Assembly (NCBI GenBank): GCA_964016885.1
Contig: OZ024744.1
Span: 13,330,001-13,394,000, forward strand
Reading direction: 5' to 3'
DNA length: 64,000 nucleotides
From: Eledone cirrhosa
Taxonomy: Eukaryota
Part shown: positions 12,445 to 26,800 of the stretch, one piece after another
Layout: every line of letters starts with the position of its first letter
How positions within the stretch are numbered: the first letter of the stretch is position 1
Program-made: the position numbers and the translations under genes
The notes under the pieces: generated by a model
Databases searched by the model: none
What the model was told of the DNA's origin: nothing
What the model saw: the letters and a program-made list of their open reading frames with translations, nothing else

Positions 12445-14055
12445 TAAAGCCACTCTCTAAATTGAGAGATCACAACTCCAATACTATGGACATGGGGTTT
12501 GAAAGTCTCAGTAGATTAGAGTGTCACTCCAGTTAAAGCTACTCTCTATATTGAGAGATCACAACTCCAATACTATGGACATGTGGTTAGAATGTCTCAG
12601 TAGATCAGAGAATCACTCCAGTTAAAGCTACTCTCGAAATTGAGAGATCACATCTCCCATACTATGGACATGTGGTTAGAATGTCTCAGTAGATCAGGGA
12701 GTCATTCCAGTTAAAGCCACTCTCTAAGTTGAGAGATCACAACTCCCATAATATGAACGTGTGGTTAGAATGTCTCAGTAGATCAGAGAATCACTCCAGT
12801 TAAAGCTACTCTCTAAATTGAGAGATCACAACTCCAATACTATGGACATGTGGTTAGAATGTCTCAGTAGATCAGAGAATCACTCCAGTTAAAGCTACTC
12901 TCTAAATTGAGAGATCACATCTCCCATACTATGGACATGTGGTTAGAATGTCTCCGTAGAACAGAGAGTCTCTCTTGTTAAAGCTACTCTCTAAATTGAG
13001 AGATCACAACTCCATACTATGGACATGTGGTTAGAATGTCTCAGTAGAACAGAGAGTCTCTCTTGTTAAAGCTACTCTCTAAATTGAGAGATCACAACTC
13101 CATACTATGGACATGGGGTTTGAAAGTCTCAGCAGATTAGAGTGTCACTCCAGTTAAAGCCACTCTCTAAATTCAGAGATCACAGCTCCAACACTATGGA
13201 CATGGGGTTTGAATGTCTCAGTAGATCAGAGAGTCACTCCAGTTAAAGCTACTCTCTATATTGAGAGATCACAACTCCAATAATATGGACATGTGGTTAG
13301 AATGTCTCAGTAGATCAGGGAATTATTCTTGTTAAATCTACTCTCTAAATTGAGAGATCACAACTCCCATACTATGGACATGTGGTTACAATCTCTCAGT
13401 AGATCAGAGAGTCATTCCAGTTAAAGCCACTCTCTAAATTGAGAGATCACAACTCCCATACTATGGACGTGTGGTTAGAATGTCTCAGTAGATCAGAGAA
13501 TCACTCCAGTTAAAGCTACTCTCTAAATTGAGAGATCACAACTCCCATACTATGGAAATGTGGTTAGAACGTCTCAGTAGATCAGAGAGTCACTCCAGTT
13601 AAAGCCACTCTCTAAATTGAGAGATCACAACTCCCATGCTATGGACATGTTGTTTAAATGTCTCAGTAGATCAGAGAGTCACTCCAGTTAAAGCTGCTCT
13701 CTAAATTGAGAGATCACAACTCCCATACTATGGACATGGGGTTTGAATGTCTCAGTAGATCAGAGAGTCACTCCAGTTAAAGCTACTCTCTAAATTGAGA
13801 GATCACAACTCCAATAATATGGACATGTGGTTAGAATGTCTCAGTAGATCAGGGAGATATTCTTGTTAAATCTACTCTCTAAATTGAGAGATCACAACTC
13901 CCATACTATGGACATGTGGTTACAATCTCTCAGTAGATCAGAGAGTCATTCCAGTTAAAGCCACTCTCTAAATTGAGAGATCACAACTCCCATACTATAG
14001 ACGTGTGGTTAGAATGTCTCAGTAGATCAGAGAATCACTCCAGTTAAAGCTACTC
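12445..14055. repeat. Truncated third copy of the large HOR (~18 monomers)
   Basis: It matches 1 to ~1610 (CTATATTG, CTCGAAAT, CTAAGTTG, CAGCAGATT, CAGGGAATT markers in order). It then departs where copies 1 and 2 have CTCTACATTG...TATAGAAATGTGTTT. Confidence 0.85.
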
Positions 14056-14479
14056 TCTAAATTGAGAGATCACAACTCCCATACTATGGAAATGTGGTTA
14101 GAACGTCTCAGTAGATCAGAGAGTCACTCCAGTTAAAGCCACTCTCTAAATTGAGAGATCACAACTCCCATGCTATGGACATGTTGTTTAAATGTCTCAG
14201 TAGATCAGAGAATCACTCCAGTTAAAGCTGCTCTCTAAATTGAGAGATCACATCTCCCATACTATGGACATGTGGTTAGAATGTCTCAGTAGAACAGAGA
14301 GTCTCTCTTGTTAAAGCTACTCTCTAAATTGAGAGATCACAACTCCATACTATGGACATGTGGTTAGAATCTCTCAGTAGATCAGAGAATCACTCCAGTT
14401 AAAGCTACTCTCTAAATTGAGAGATCACAACTCCCATACTATGGACATGGGGTTTGAATGTCTCAGTAGATCAGAGAGT

Positions 14480-17400
14480 CACTCCAGTTAAAGCTACTCT
14501 CTAAATTGAGAGATCACAACTCCAATAATATGGACATGTGGTTAGAATGTCTCAGTAGATCAGGGAGTTATTCTTGTTAAATCTACTCTCTAAATTGAGA
14601 GATCACAACTCCCATACTATGGACATGTGGTTACAATCTCTCAGTAGATCAGAGAGTCATTCCAGTTAAAGCCACTCTCTAAATTGAGAGATCACAACTC
14701 CCATACTATGGACGTGTGGTTAGAATGTCTCAGTAGATCAGAGAATCACTCCAGTTAAAGCTACTCTCTAAATTGAGAGATCACAACTCCCATACTATGG
14801 AAATGTGGTTAGAACGTCTCAGTAGATCAGAGAGTCACTCCAGTTAAAGCCACTCTCTAAATTGAGAGATCACAACTCCCATGCTATGGACATGTTGTTT
14901 AAATGTCTCAGTAGATCAGAGAGTCACTCCAGTTAAAGCTGCTCTCTAAATTGAGAGATCACAACTCCCATACTATGGACATGGGGTTTGAATGTCTCAC
15001 TAGATCAGAGAGTCACTCCAGTTAAAGCTACTCTCTAAATTGAGAGATCACAACTCCAATACTATGGACATGTGGTTAGAATGTCTCAGTAGATCAGAGA
15101 ATCACTCCAGTTAAAGCTGCTCTCTAAATTGAGAGATCACATCTCCCATACTATGGACATGTGGTTAGAATGTCTCAGTAGAACAGAGAGTCTCTCTTGT
15201 TAAAGCTACTCTCTAAATTGAGAGATCACAACTCCATACTATGGACATGTGGTTAGAATCTCTCAGTAGATCAGAGAATCACTCCAGTTAAAGCTACTCT
15301 CTAAATTGAGAGATCACAACTCCCATACTATGGAAATGTGGTTAGAATGTCTCAGTAGATCAGAGAGTCACTCCAGTTAAAGCCACTCTCTAAATTCAGA
15401 GATCACAACTCCAATACTATGGACATGTGGTTAGAATGTCTCAGTAGATCAGAAAGTCACTCCAGTTAAAGCTACACTCTAAATTGAGAGATCACAACTA
15501 CAATACTATGGACATGGGGTTAGAATGTCTCAGTAGATCAGAGAGTCACTCCAGTTAAAGCCACTCTCTAAATTGAGAGATCACAACTCCAATACTATGG
15601 ACATGGGGTTTGAAAGTCTCAGTAGATTAGAGTGTCACTCCAGTTAAAGCTACTCTCTAAATTGAGAGATCACAACTCCATACTATGGACATGTGGTTAG
15701 AATCTCTCAGTAGATCAGAGAGTCATTCCAGTTAAAGCCACTCTCTAAATTGAGAGATCACAACTCCCATACTATGAACGTGTGGTTAGAATGTCTCAGT
15801 AGATCAGAGAATCACTCCAGTTAAAGCTACTCTCTAAATTGAGAGATCACAACTCCCATACTATGGAAATGTGGTTAGAATGTCTCAGTAGATCAGAGAG
15901 TCACTCCAGTTAAAGCCACTCTCTAAATTGAGAGATCACAACTCCAATACTATGGACATGTGGTTAGAATGTCTCAGTAGATCAGAAAGTCACTCCAGTT
16001 AAAGCTACACTCTAAATTGAGAGATCACAACTCCAATACTATGGACATGGGGTTAGAATGTCTCAGTAGATCAGAGTGTCACTCCAGTTAAAGCCACTCT
16101 CTAAATTGAGGGATCACAGCTCCCATACTATGGACATGTTGTTAGAATGTCTCAGTAGATCAGAGAGTCACTCCAGTTAAAGCCACTCTCTAAATTGAGA
16201 GATCACAACTCCAATACTATGGACATGGGGTTTGAAAGTCTCAGTAGATTAGAGTGTCACTCCAGTTAAAGCTACTCTCTAAATTGAGAGATCACAACTC
16301 CAATACTATGGACATGTGGTTAGAATGTCTCAGTAGATCAGAGAATCACTCCAGTTAAAGCTACTCTCGAAATTGAGAGATCACATCTCCCATACTATGG
16401 ACATGTGGTTAGAATGTCTCAGTAGATCAGGGAGTCATTCCAGTTAAAGCCACTCTCTAAGTTGAGAGATCACAACTCCCATACTATGAACGTGTGGTTA
16501 GAATGTCTCAGTAGATCAGAGAATCACTCCAGTTAAAGCTACTCTCTAAATTGAGAGATCACAACTCCAATACTATGGACATGTGGTTAGAATGTCTCAG
16601 TAGATCAGAGAATCACTCCAGTTAAAGCTACTCTCTAAATTGAGAGATCACATCTCCCATACTATGGACATGTGGTTAGAATGTCTCAGTAGAACAGAGA
16701 GTCTCTCTTGTTAAAGCTACTCTCTAAATTGAGAGATCACAACTCCATACTATGGACATGGGGTTTGAAAGTCTCAGTAGATTAGAGTGTCACTCCAGTT
16801 AAAGCCACTCTCTAAATTCAGAGATCACAACTCCAACACTATGGACATGGGGTTTGAATGTCTCAGTAGATCAGAGTGTCACTCCAGTTAAAGTTACTCT
16901 CTAAATTGAGAGATCACAACTCCAATAATATGGACATGGGGTTTGAATGTCTCAGTAGATCAGAGAGTCACTCCAGTTAAAGCTACTCTCTAAATTGAGA
17001 GATCACAACTCCAATAATATGGACATGTGGTTAGAATGTCTCAGTAGATCAGGGAGTTATTCTTGTTAAATCTACTCTCTAAATTGAGAGATCACAACTC
17101 CCATACTATGGACATGTGGTTACAATCTCTCAGTAGATCAGAGAGTCATTCCAGTTAAAGCCACTCTCTAAATTGAGAGATCACAACTCCCATACTATGG
17201 ACGTGTGGTTAGAATGTCTCAGTAGATCAGAGAATCACTCCAGTTAAAGCTACTCTCTAAATTGAGAGATCACAACTCCCATACTATGGAAATGTGGTTA
17301 GAACGTCTCAGTAGATCAGAGAGTCACTCCAGTTAAAGCCACTCTCTAAATTGAGAGATCACAACTCCCATGCTATGGACATGTTGTTTAAATGTCTCAG

Positions 17401-20400
17401 TAGATCAGAGAGTCACTCCAGTTAAAGCTGCTCTCTAAATTGAGAGATCACAACTCCCATACTATGGACATGGGGTTTGAATGTCTCACTAGATCAGAGA
17501 GTCACTCCAGTTAAAGCTACTCTCTAAATTGAGAGATCACAACTCCAATACTATGGACATGTGGTTAGAATGTCTCAGTAGATCAGAGAATCACTCCAGT
17601 TAAAGCTGCTCTCTAAATTGAGAGATCACATCTCCCATACTATGGACATGTGGTTAGAATGTCTCAGTAGAACAGAGAGTCTCTCTTGTTAAAGCTACTC
17701 TCTAAATTGAGAGATCACAACTCCATACTATGGACATGTGGTTAGAATCTCTCAGTAGATCAGAGAATCACTCCAGTTAAAGCTACTCTCTAAATTGAGA
17801 GATCACAACTCCCATACTATGGAAATGTGGTTAGAATGTCTCAGTAGATCAGAGAGTCACTCCAGTTAAAGCCACTCTCTAAATTCAGAGATCACAACTC
17901 CAATACTATGGACATGTGGTTAGAATGTCTCAGTAGATCAGAAAGTCACTCCAGTTAAAGCTACACTCTAAATTGAGAGATCACAACTACAATACTATGG
18001 ACATGGGGTTAGAATGTCTCAGTAGATCAGAGTGTCACTCCAGTTAAAGCCACTCTCTAAATTGAGGGATCACAACTCCCATACTATGGACATGTTGTTA
18101 GAATGTCTCAGTAGATCAGAGAGTCACTCCAGTTAAAGCCACTCTCTAAATTGAGAGATCACAACTCCAATACTATGGACATGGGGTTTGAAAGTCTCAG
18201 TAGATTAGAGTGTCACTCCAGTTAAAGCTACTCTCTAAATTGAGAGATCACAACTCCATACTATGGACATGTGGTTAGAATCTCTCAGTAGATCAGAGAG
18301 TCATTCCAGTTAAAGCCACTCTCTAAATTGAGAGATCACAACTCCCATACTATAAACGTGTGGTTAGAATGTCTCAGTAGATCAGAGAATCACTCCAGTT
18401 AAAGCTACTCTCTAAATTGAGAGATCACAACTCCCATACTATGGAAATGTGGTTAGAATGTCTCAGTAGATCAGAGAGTCACTCCAGTTAAAGCCACTCT
18501 CTAAATTGAGAGATCACAACTCCAATACTATGGACATGTGGTTAGAATGTCTCAGTAGATCAGAAAGTCACTCCAGTTAAAGCTACACTCTAAATTGAGA
18601 GATCACAACTCCCATACTATGGACATGGGGTTAGAATGTCTCAGTAGATCAGAGTGTCACTCCAGTTAAAGCCACTCTCTAAATTGAGGGATCACAGCTC
18701 CCATACTATGGACATGTTGTTAGAATGTCTCAGTAGATCAGAGAGTCACTCCAGTTAAAGCCACTCTCTAAATTGAGAGATCACAACTCCAATACTATGG
18801 ACATGGGGTTTGAAAGTCTCAGTAGATTAGAGTGTCACTCCAGTTAAAGCTACTCTCTAAATTGAGAGATCACAACTCCAATACTATGGACATGTGGTTA
18901 GAATGTCTCAGTAGATCAGAGAATCACTCCAGTTAAAGCTACTCTCGAAATTGAGAGATCACATCTCCCATACTATGGACATGTGGTTAGAATGTCTCAG
19001 TAGATCAGGGAGTCATTCCAGTTAAAGCCACTCTCTAAGTTGAGAGATCACAACTCCCATACTATGAACGTGTGGTTAGAATGTCTCAGTAGATCAGAGA
19101 ATCACTCCAGTTAAAGCTACTCTCTAAATTGAGAGATCACAACTCCAATACTATGGACATGTGGTTAGAATGTCTCAGTAGATCAGAGAATCACTCCAGT
19201 TAAAGCTACTCTCCAAATTGAGAGATCACATCTCCCATACTATGGACATGTGGTTAGAATGTCTCAGTAGAACAGAGAGTCTCTCTTGTTAAAGCTACTC
19301 TCTAAATTGAGAGATCACAACTCCATACTATGGACATGGGGTTTGAAAGTCTCAGTAGATTAGAGTGTCACTCCAGTTAAAGCCACTCTCTAAATTCAGA
19401 GATCACAACTCCAACACTATGGACATGGGGTTTGAATGTCTCAGTAGATCAGAGTGTCACTCCAGTTAAAGTTACTCTCTAAATTGAGAGATCACAACTC
19501 CAATAATATGGACATGGGGTTTGAATGTCTCAGTAGATCAGAGAGTCACTCCAGTTAAAGCTACTCTCTAAATTGAGAGATCACAACTCCAATACTATGG
19601 ACATGTGGTTAGAATGTCTCAGTAGATCAGGGAGTCATTCTTGTTAAATCTACTCTCTAAATTGAGAGATCACAACTCCCATACTATGGAAATGTGGTTA
19701 GAATGTCTCAGTAGATCAGAGAGTCACTCCAGTTAAAGCCACTCTCTAAATTGAGAGATCACAACTCCAATACTATGGACATGTGGTTAGAATGTCTCAG
19801 TAGATCAGAAAGTCACTCCAGTTAAAGCTACACTCTAAATTGAGAGATCACAACTCCAATACTATGGACATGGGGTTAGAATGTCTCAGTAGATCAGAGT
19901 GTCACTCCAGTTAAAGCCACTCTCTAAATTGAGGGATCACAGCTCCCATACTATGGACATGTTGTTAGAATGTCTCAGTAGATCAGAGAGTCACTCCAGT
20001 TAAAGCCACTCTCTAAATTGAGAGATCACAACTCCAATACTATGGACATGGGGTTTGAAAGTCTCAGTAGATTAGAGTGTCACTCCAGTTAAAGCTACTC
20101 TCTAAATTGAGAGATCACAACTCCAATACTATGGACATGTGGTTAGAATGTCTCAGTAGATCAGAGAATCACTCCAGTTAAAGCTAGTCTCGAAATTGAG
20201 AGATCACATCTCCCATACTATGGACATGTGGTTAGAATGTCTCAGTAGATCAGGGAGTCATTCCAGTTAAAGCCACTCTCTAAGTTGAGATATCACAACT
20301 CCCATACTATGAACGTGTGGTTAGAATGTCTCAGTAGATCAGAGAATCACTCCAGTTAAAGCTACTCTCTAAATTGAGAGATCACAACTCCAATACTATG

Positions 20401-20890
20401 GACATGTGGTTAGAATGTCTCAGTAGATCAGAGAATCACTCCAGTTAAAGCTGCTCTCTAAATTGAGAGATCACATCTCCCATACTATGGACATGTGGTT
20501 AGAATGTCTCAGTAGAACAGAGAGTCTCTCTTGTTAAAGCTACTCTCTAAATTGAGAGATCACAACTCCATACTATGGACATGGGGTTTGAAAGTCTCAG
20601 TAGATTAGAGTGTCACTCCAGTTAAAGCCACTCTCTAAATTCAGAGATCACAACTCCAACACTATGGACATGGGGTTTGAATGTCTCAGTAGATCAGAGT
20701 GTCACTCCAGTTAAAGTTACTCTCTAAATTGAGAGATCACAACTCCAATAATATGGACATGGGGTTTGAATGTCTCAGTAGATCAGAGAGTCACTCCAGT
20801 TAAAGCTACTCTCTAAATTGAGAGATCACAACTCCAATACTATGGACATGTGGTTAGAATGTCTCAGTAGATCAGGGAGTCATTCTTGTT
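14480..20890. repeat. HOR layer with 28/29-monomer period plus a 14-monomer partial duplication
   Basis: ACTACAATAC marker at 15500 and 17989 (2489 = 28x89-3). CTCGAAATT marker at 16369, 18947 (2578 = 29x89-3) and 20192 (1245 = 14x89-1). Edges are approximate. Confidence 0.8.
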
Positions 20891-23800
20891 AAATCTACTC
20901 TCTAAATTGAGAGATCACAACTCCCATACTATGGATATATGGTTACAATCTCTCAGTAGATCAGAGAGTCATTCCAGTTAAAGCCACTCTCTAAATTGAG
21001 AGATCACAACTCCCATACTATGGACGTGTGGTTAGAATGTCTCAGTAGATCAGAGAATCACTGCAGTTAAAGCTACTCTCTAAATTGAGAGATCACAACT
21101 CCCATACTATGGAAATGTGGTTAGAACGTCTCAGTAGATCAGAGAGTCACTCCAGTTAAAGCCACTCTCTAAATTGAGAGATCACAACTCCAATACTATG
21201 GACATGTGGTTAGAATGTCTCAGTAGATCAGAAAGTCACTCCAGTTAAATCTACACTCTAAATTGAGAGATCACAACTCCTATACTATGGACATGGGGTT
21301 AGAATGTCTCAGTAGATCAGAGTGTCACTCCAGTTAAAGCCACTCTCTAAATTGAGGGATCACAACTCCCATACTATGGACATGTTGTTAGAATGTCTCA
21401 GTAGATCAGAGAGTCACTCCAGTTAAAGCCACTCTCTAAATTGTGAGATCACAACTCCAATACTATGGACATGGGGTTTGAAAGTCTCAGTAGATTAGAG
21501 TGTCACTCCAGTTAAAGCTACTCTCTAAATTGAGAGATAACAACTCCAATACTATGGACATGGGGTTTGAACGTCTCAGTAGATCAGAGAATCACTCCAG
21601 TTAAAGCTGCTCTCTAAATTGAGAGATCACATCTCCCATACTATGGACATGTGGTTAGAATGTCTCAGTAGAACAGAGAGTCTCTCTTGTTAAAGCTACT
21701 CTCTAAATTGAGAGATCACAACTCCATACTATGGACATGTGGTTAGAATCTCTCAGTAGATCAGAGAGTCATTCCAGTTAAAGCCACTCTCTAAATTGAG
21801 AGATCACAACTCCCATACTATGTACGTGTGGTTAGAATGTCTCAGTAGATCAGAGAATCACTCCAGTTAAAGCTACTCTCTAAATTGAGAGATCACAACT
21901 CCAATACTATGGACATGTGGTTAGAATGTCTCAGTAGATCAGAGAATCACTCCAGTTAAAGCTACTCTCTAAATTGAGAGATCACATCTCCCATACTATG
22001 GACATGTGGTTAGAATGTCTCAGTAGAACAGAGAGTCTCTCTTGTTAAAGCTACTCTCTAAATTGAGAGATCACAACTCCATACTATGGACATGGGGTTT
22101 GAAAGTCTCAGTAGATTAGAGTGTCACTCCAGTTAAAGCCACTCTCTAAATTCAGAGATCACAACTCCAACACTATGGACATGGGGTTTGAATGTCTCAG
22201 TAGATCAGAGTGTCACTCCAGTTAAAGTTACTCTCTAAATTGAGAGATCACAACTCCAATAATATGGACATGGGGTTTGAATGTCTCAGTAGATCAGAGA
22301 GTCACTCCAGTTAAAGCTACTCTCTAAATTGAGAGATCACAACTCCCATACTATGGAAATGTGGTTAGAACGTCTCAGTAGATCAGAGAGTCACTCCAGT
22401 TAAAGCCACTCTCTAAATTGAGAGATCACAACTCCAATACTATGGACATGTGGTTAGAATGTCTCAGTAGATCAGAGAGTCACTCCAGTTAAAGCCACTC
22501 TCTAAATTGAGAGATCACAACTCCCATGCTATGGACATGTTGTTTAAATGTCTCAGTAGATCAGAGAGTCACTCCAGTTAAAGCTGCTCTCTAAATTGAG
22601 AGATCACAACTCCCATATTATGGACATGGGGTTTGAATGTCTCACTAGATCAGAGAGTCACTCCAGTTAAAGCTACTCTCTAAATTGAGAGATCGCAACT
22701 CCAATACTATGGACATGTGGTTAGAATGTCTCAGTAGATCAGAGAATCACTCCAGTTAAAGCTGCTCTCTAAATTGAGAGATCACATCTGCCATACTATG
22801 GACATGTGGTTAGAATGTCTCAGTAGAACAGAGAGTCTCTCTTGTTAAAGCTACTCTCTAAATTGAGAGATCACAACTCCATACTATGGACATGTGGTTA
22901 GAATCTCTCAGTAGATCAGAGAATCACTCCAGTTAAAGCTACTCTCTAAATTGAGAGATCACAACTCCCACACTAAGGAAATGTGGTTAGAATGTCTCAG
23001 TAGATCGGAGAGTCACTCCAGTTAAAGCCACTCTCTAAATTGAGAGATCACAACTCCAATACTATGGACATGTGGTTAGAATGTCTCAGTAGATCAGAAA
23101 GTCACTCCAGTTAAAGCTGCACTCTAAATTGAGAGATCACAACTCCAATACTATGGACATGGGGTTAGAATGTCTCAGTAGATCAGAGTGTCACTCCAGT
23201 TAAAGCCACTCTCTAAATTGAGGGATCACAACTCCCATACTATGGACATGTTGTTAGAATGTCTCAGTAGATCAGAGAGTCACTCCAGTTAAAGCCACTC
23301 TCTAAATTGAGAGATCACAACTCCAATACTATGGACATGGGGTTTGAAAGTCTCAGTAGATTAGAGTGTCACTCCAGTTAAAGCTACTCTCTAAATTGAG
23401 AGATCACAACTCCAATAATATGGACATGGGGTTTGAATGTCTCAGTAGTTCAGAGAGTCGCTCAAGTTAAAGCCAATCTCTAAATTGAGAGATCACAACT
23501 CCCATACTATGGACATGTGGTTAGAATGTCTCAGTAGATCAGAGTGTGACTCCAGTTAAAGCTACTCTCTAAATTGAGAGATCACAACTCCCATACTATG
23601 GACATGTTGTTTAAATGTCTCAGTAGATCAGAGAGTCACTCCAGTTAAAGCTGCTCTCTAAATTGAGAGATCGCAACTCCCATACTATGGAAATGTGGTT
23701 AGAACGTCTCAGTAGATCAGAGAGTCACTCTAGTTAAAGCCACTCTCTAAATTGAGAGATCACAACTCCAATACTATGGACATGTGGTTAAAATGTCTCA

Positions 23801-26800
23801 GTAGATCAGAAAGTCACTCCAGTTAAATCTACACTCTAAATTGAGAGATCACAAATCCTATACTATGGACATGGGGTTAGAATGTCTCAGTAGATCACAG
23901 TGTCACTCCAGTTAAAGCCACTCTCTAAATTGAGGGATCACAACTCCCATACTATGGACATGTTGTTAGAATGTCTCAGTAGATCAGAGAGTCACTCCAG
24001 TTAAAGCCACTCTCTAAATTGAGGGATCACAACTCCAATACTATGGACATGTGGTTAGAATGTCTCAGTAGATCAGGGAGTCATTCTTGTTAAATCTACT
24101 CTCTAAATTGAGAGATCACAACTCCCATACTATGGACATGTGGTTACAATCTCTCAGTAGATCAGAGAGTCATTCCAGTTAAAGCCACTCTCTAAATTGA
24201 GAGATCACAACTCCCATATTATGGATGTGTGGTTAGAATGTCTCAGTAGATCAGAGAATCACTCCAGTTAAAGCTACTCTCTAAATTGAGAGATCACAAC
24301 TCCCATACTATGGAAATGTGGTTAGAACGTCTCAGTAGATCAGAGAGTCACTCTAGTTAAAGCCACTCTCTAAATTGAGAGATCACAACTCCAATACTAT
24401 GGACATGTGGTTAGAATGTCTCAGTAGATCAGAGAGCCACTCCAGTTAAAGCCACTCTCTAAATTGAGAGATCACAACTCCCATGCTATGGACATGTTGT
24501 TTAAATGTCTCAGTAGATCAGATAGTCACTCCAGTTAAAGCTGCTCTCTAAATTGAGAGATCACAACTCCCATACTATGGACATGGGGTTTGAATGTCTC
24601 ACTAGATCAGAGAGTCACTCCAGTTAAAGCTACTCTCTAAATTGAGAGATCACAACTCCAATACTATGGACATGTGGTTAGAATGTCTCAGTAGATCAGA
24701 GAATCACTCCAGTTAAAGCTGCACTCTAAATTGAGAGATCACATCTCCCATACTATGGACATGTGGTTAGAATGTCTCAGTAGAACAGAGAGTCTCTCTT
24801 GTTAAAGCTACTCTCTAAATTGAGAGATCACAACTCCATACTATGGACATGTGGTTAGAATCTCTCAGTAGATCAGAGAGTCATTCCAGTTAAAGCCACT
24901 CTCTAAATTGAGAGATCACAACTCCAATAATATGGACATGGGGTTTGAATGTCTCAGTAGATCAGAGAGTCACTCCAGTTAAAGCTACTCTCTAAATTGA
25001 GAGATCACAACTCCAATACTATGGACATGTGGTTAGAATGTCTCAGTAGATCAGGGAGTCATTCTTGTTAAATCTACTCTCTAAATTGAGAGATCACAAC
25101 TCCCATACTATGGATATATGGTTACAATCTCTCAGTAGATCAGAGAGTCATTCCAGTTAAAGCCACTCTCTAAATTGAGAGATCACAACTCCCATACTAT
25201 GGACGTGTGGTTAGAATGTCTCAGTAGATCAGAGAATCACTGCAGTTAAAGCTACTCTCTAAATTGAGAGATCACAACTCCCATACTATGGAAATGTGGT
25301 TAGAACGTCTCAGTAGATCAGAGAGTCACTCCAGTTAAAGCCACTCTCTAAATTGAGAGATCACAACTCCAATACTATGGACATGTGGTTAGAATGTCTC
25401 AGTAGATCAGAAAGTCACTCCAGTTAAATCTACACTCTAAATTGAGAGATCACAACTCCTATACTATGGACATGGGGTTAGAATGTCTCAGTAGATCAGA
25501 GTGTCACTCCAGTTAAAGCCACTCTCTAAATTGAGGGATCACAACTCCCATACTATGGACATGTTGTTAGAATGTCTCAGTAGATCAGAGAGTCACTCCA
25601 GTTAAAGCCACTCTCTAAATTGTGAGATCACAACTCCAATACTATGGACATGGGGTTTGAAAGTCTCAGTAGATTAGAGTGTCACTCCAGTTAAAGCTAC
25701 TCTCTAAATTGAGAGATAACAACTCCAATACTATGGACATGGGGTTTGAACGTCTCAGTAGATCAGAGAATCACTCCAGTTAAAGCTGCTCTCTAAATTG
25801 AGAGATCACATCTCCCATACTATGGACATGTGGTTAGAATGTCTCAGTAGAACAGAGAGTCTCTCTTGTTAAAGCTACTCTCTAAATTGAGAGATCACAA
25901 CTCCATACTATGGACATGGGGTTTGAAAGTCTCAGTAGATTAGAGTGTCACTCCAGTTAAAGCCACTCTCTAAATTGAGAGATCACAACTCCCATACTAT
26001 GAACGTGTGGTTAGAATGTCTCAGTAGATCAGAGAATCACTCCAGTTAAAGCTACTCTCTAAATTGAGAGATCACAACTCCAATACTATGGACATGTGGT
26101 TAGAATGTCTCAGTAGATCAGAGAATCACTCCAGTTAAAGCTACTCTCTAAATTGAGAGATCACATCTCCCATACTATGGACATGTGGTTAGAATGTCTC
26201 AGTAGAACAGAGAGTCTCTCTTGTTAAAGCTACTCTCTAAATTGAGAGATCACAACTCCATACTATGGACATGGGGTTTGAAAGTCTCAGTAGATTAGAG
26301 TGTCACTCCAGTTAAAGCCACTCTCTAAATTCAGAGATCACAACTCCAACACTATGGACATGGGGTTTGAATGTCTCAGTAGATCAGAGTGTCACTCCAG
26401 TTAAAGTTACTCTCTAAATTGAGAGATCACAACTCCAATAATATGGACATGGGGTTTGAATGTCTCAGTAGATCAGAGAGTCACTCCAGTTAAAGCTACT
26501 CTCTAAATTGAGAGATCACAACTCCCATACTATGGAAATGTGGTTAGAACGTCTCAGTAGATCAGAGAGTCACTCCAGTTAAAGCCACTCTCTAAATTGA
26601 GAGATCACAACTCCAATACTATGGACATGTGGTTAGAATGTCTCAGTAGATCAGAGAGTCACTCCAGTTAAAGCCACTCTCTAAATTGAGAGATCACAAC
26701 TCCCATGCTATGGACATGTTTTTTAAATGTCTCAGTAGATCAGAGAGTCACTCCAGTTAAAGCTGCTCTCTAAATTGAGAGATCACAACTCCCATATTAT

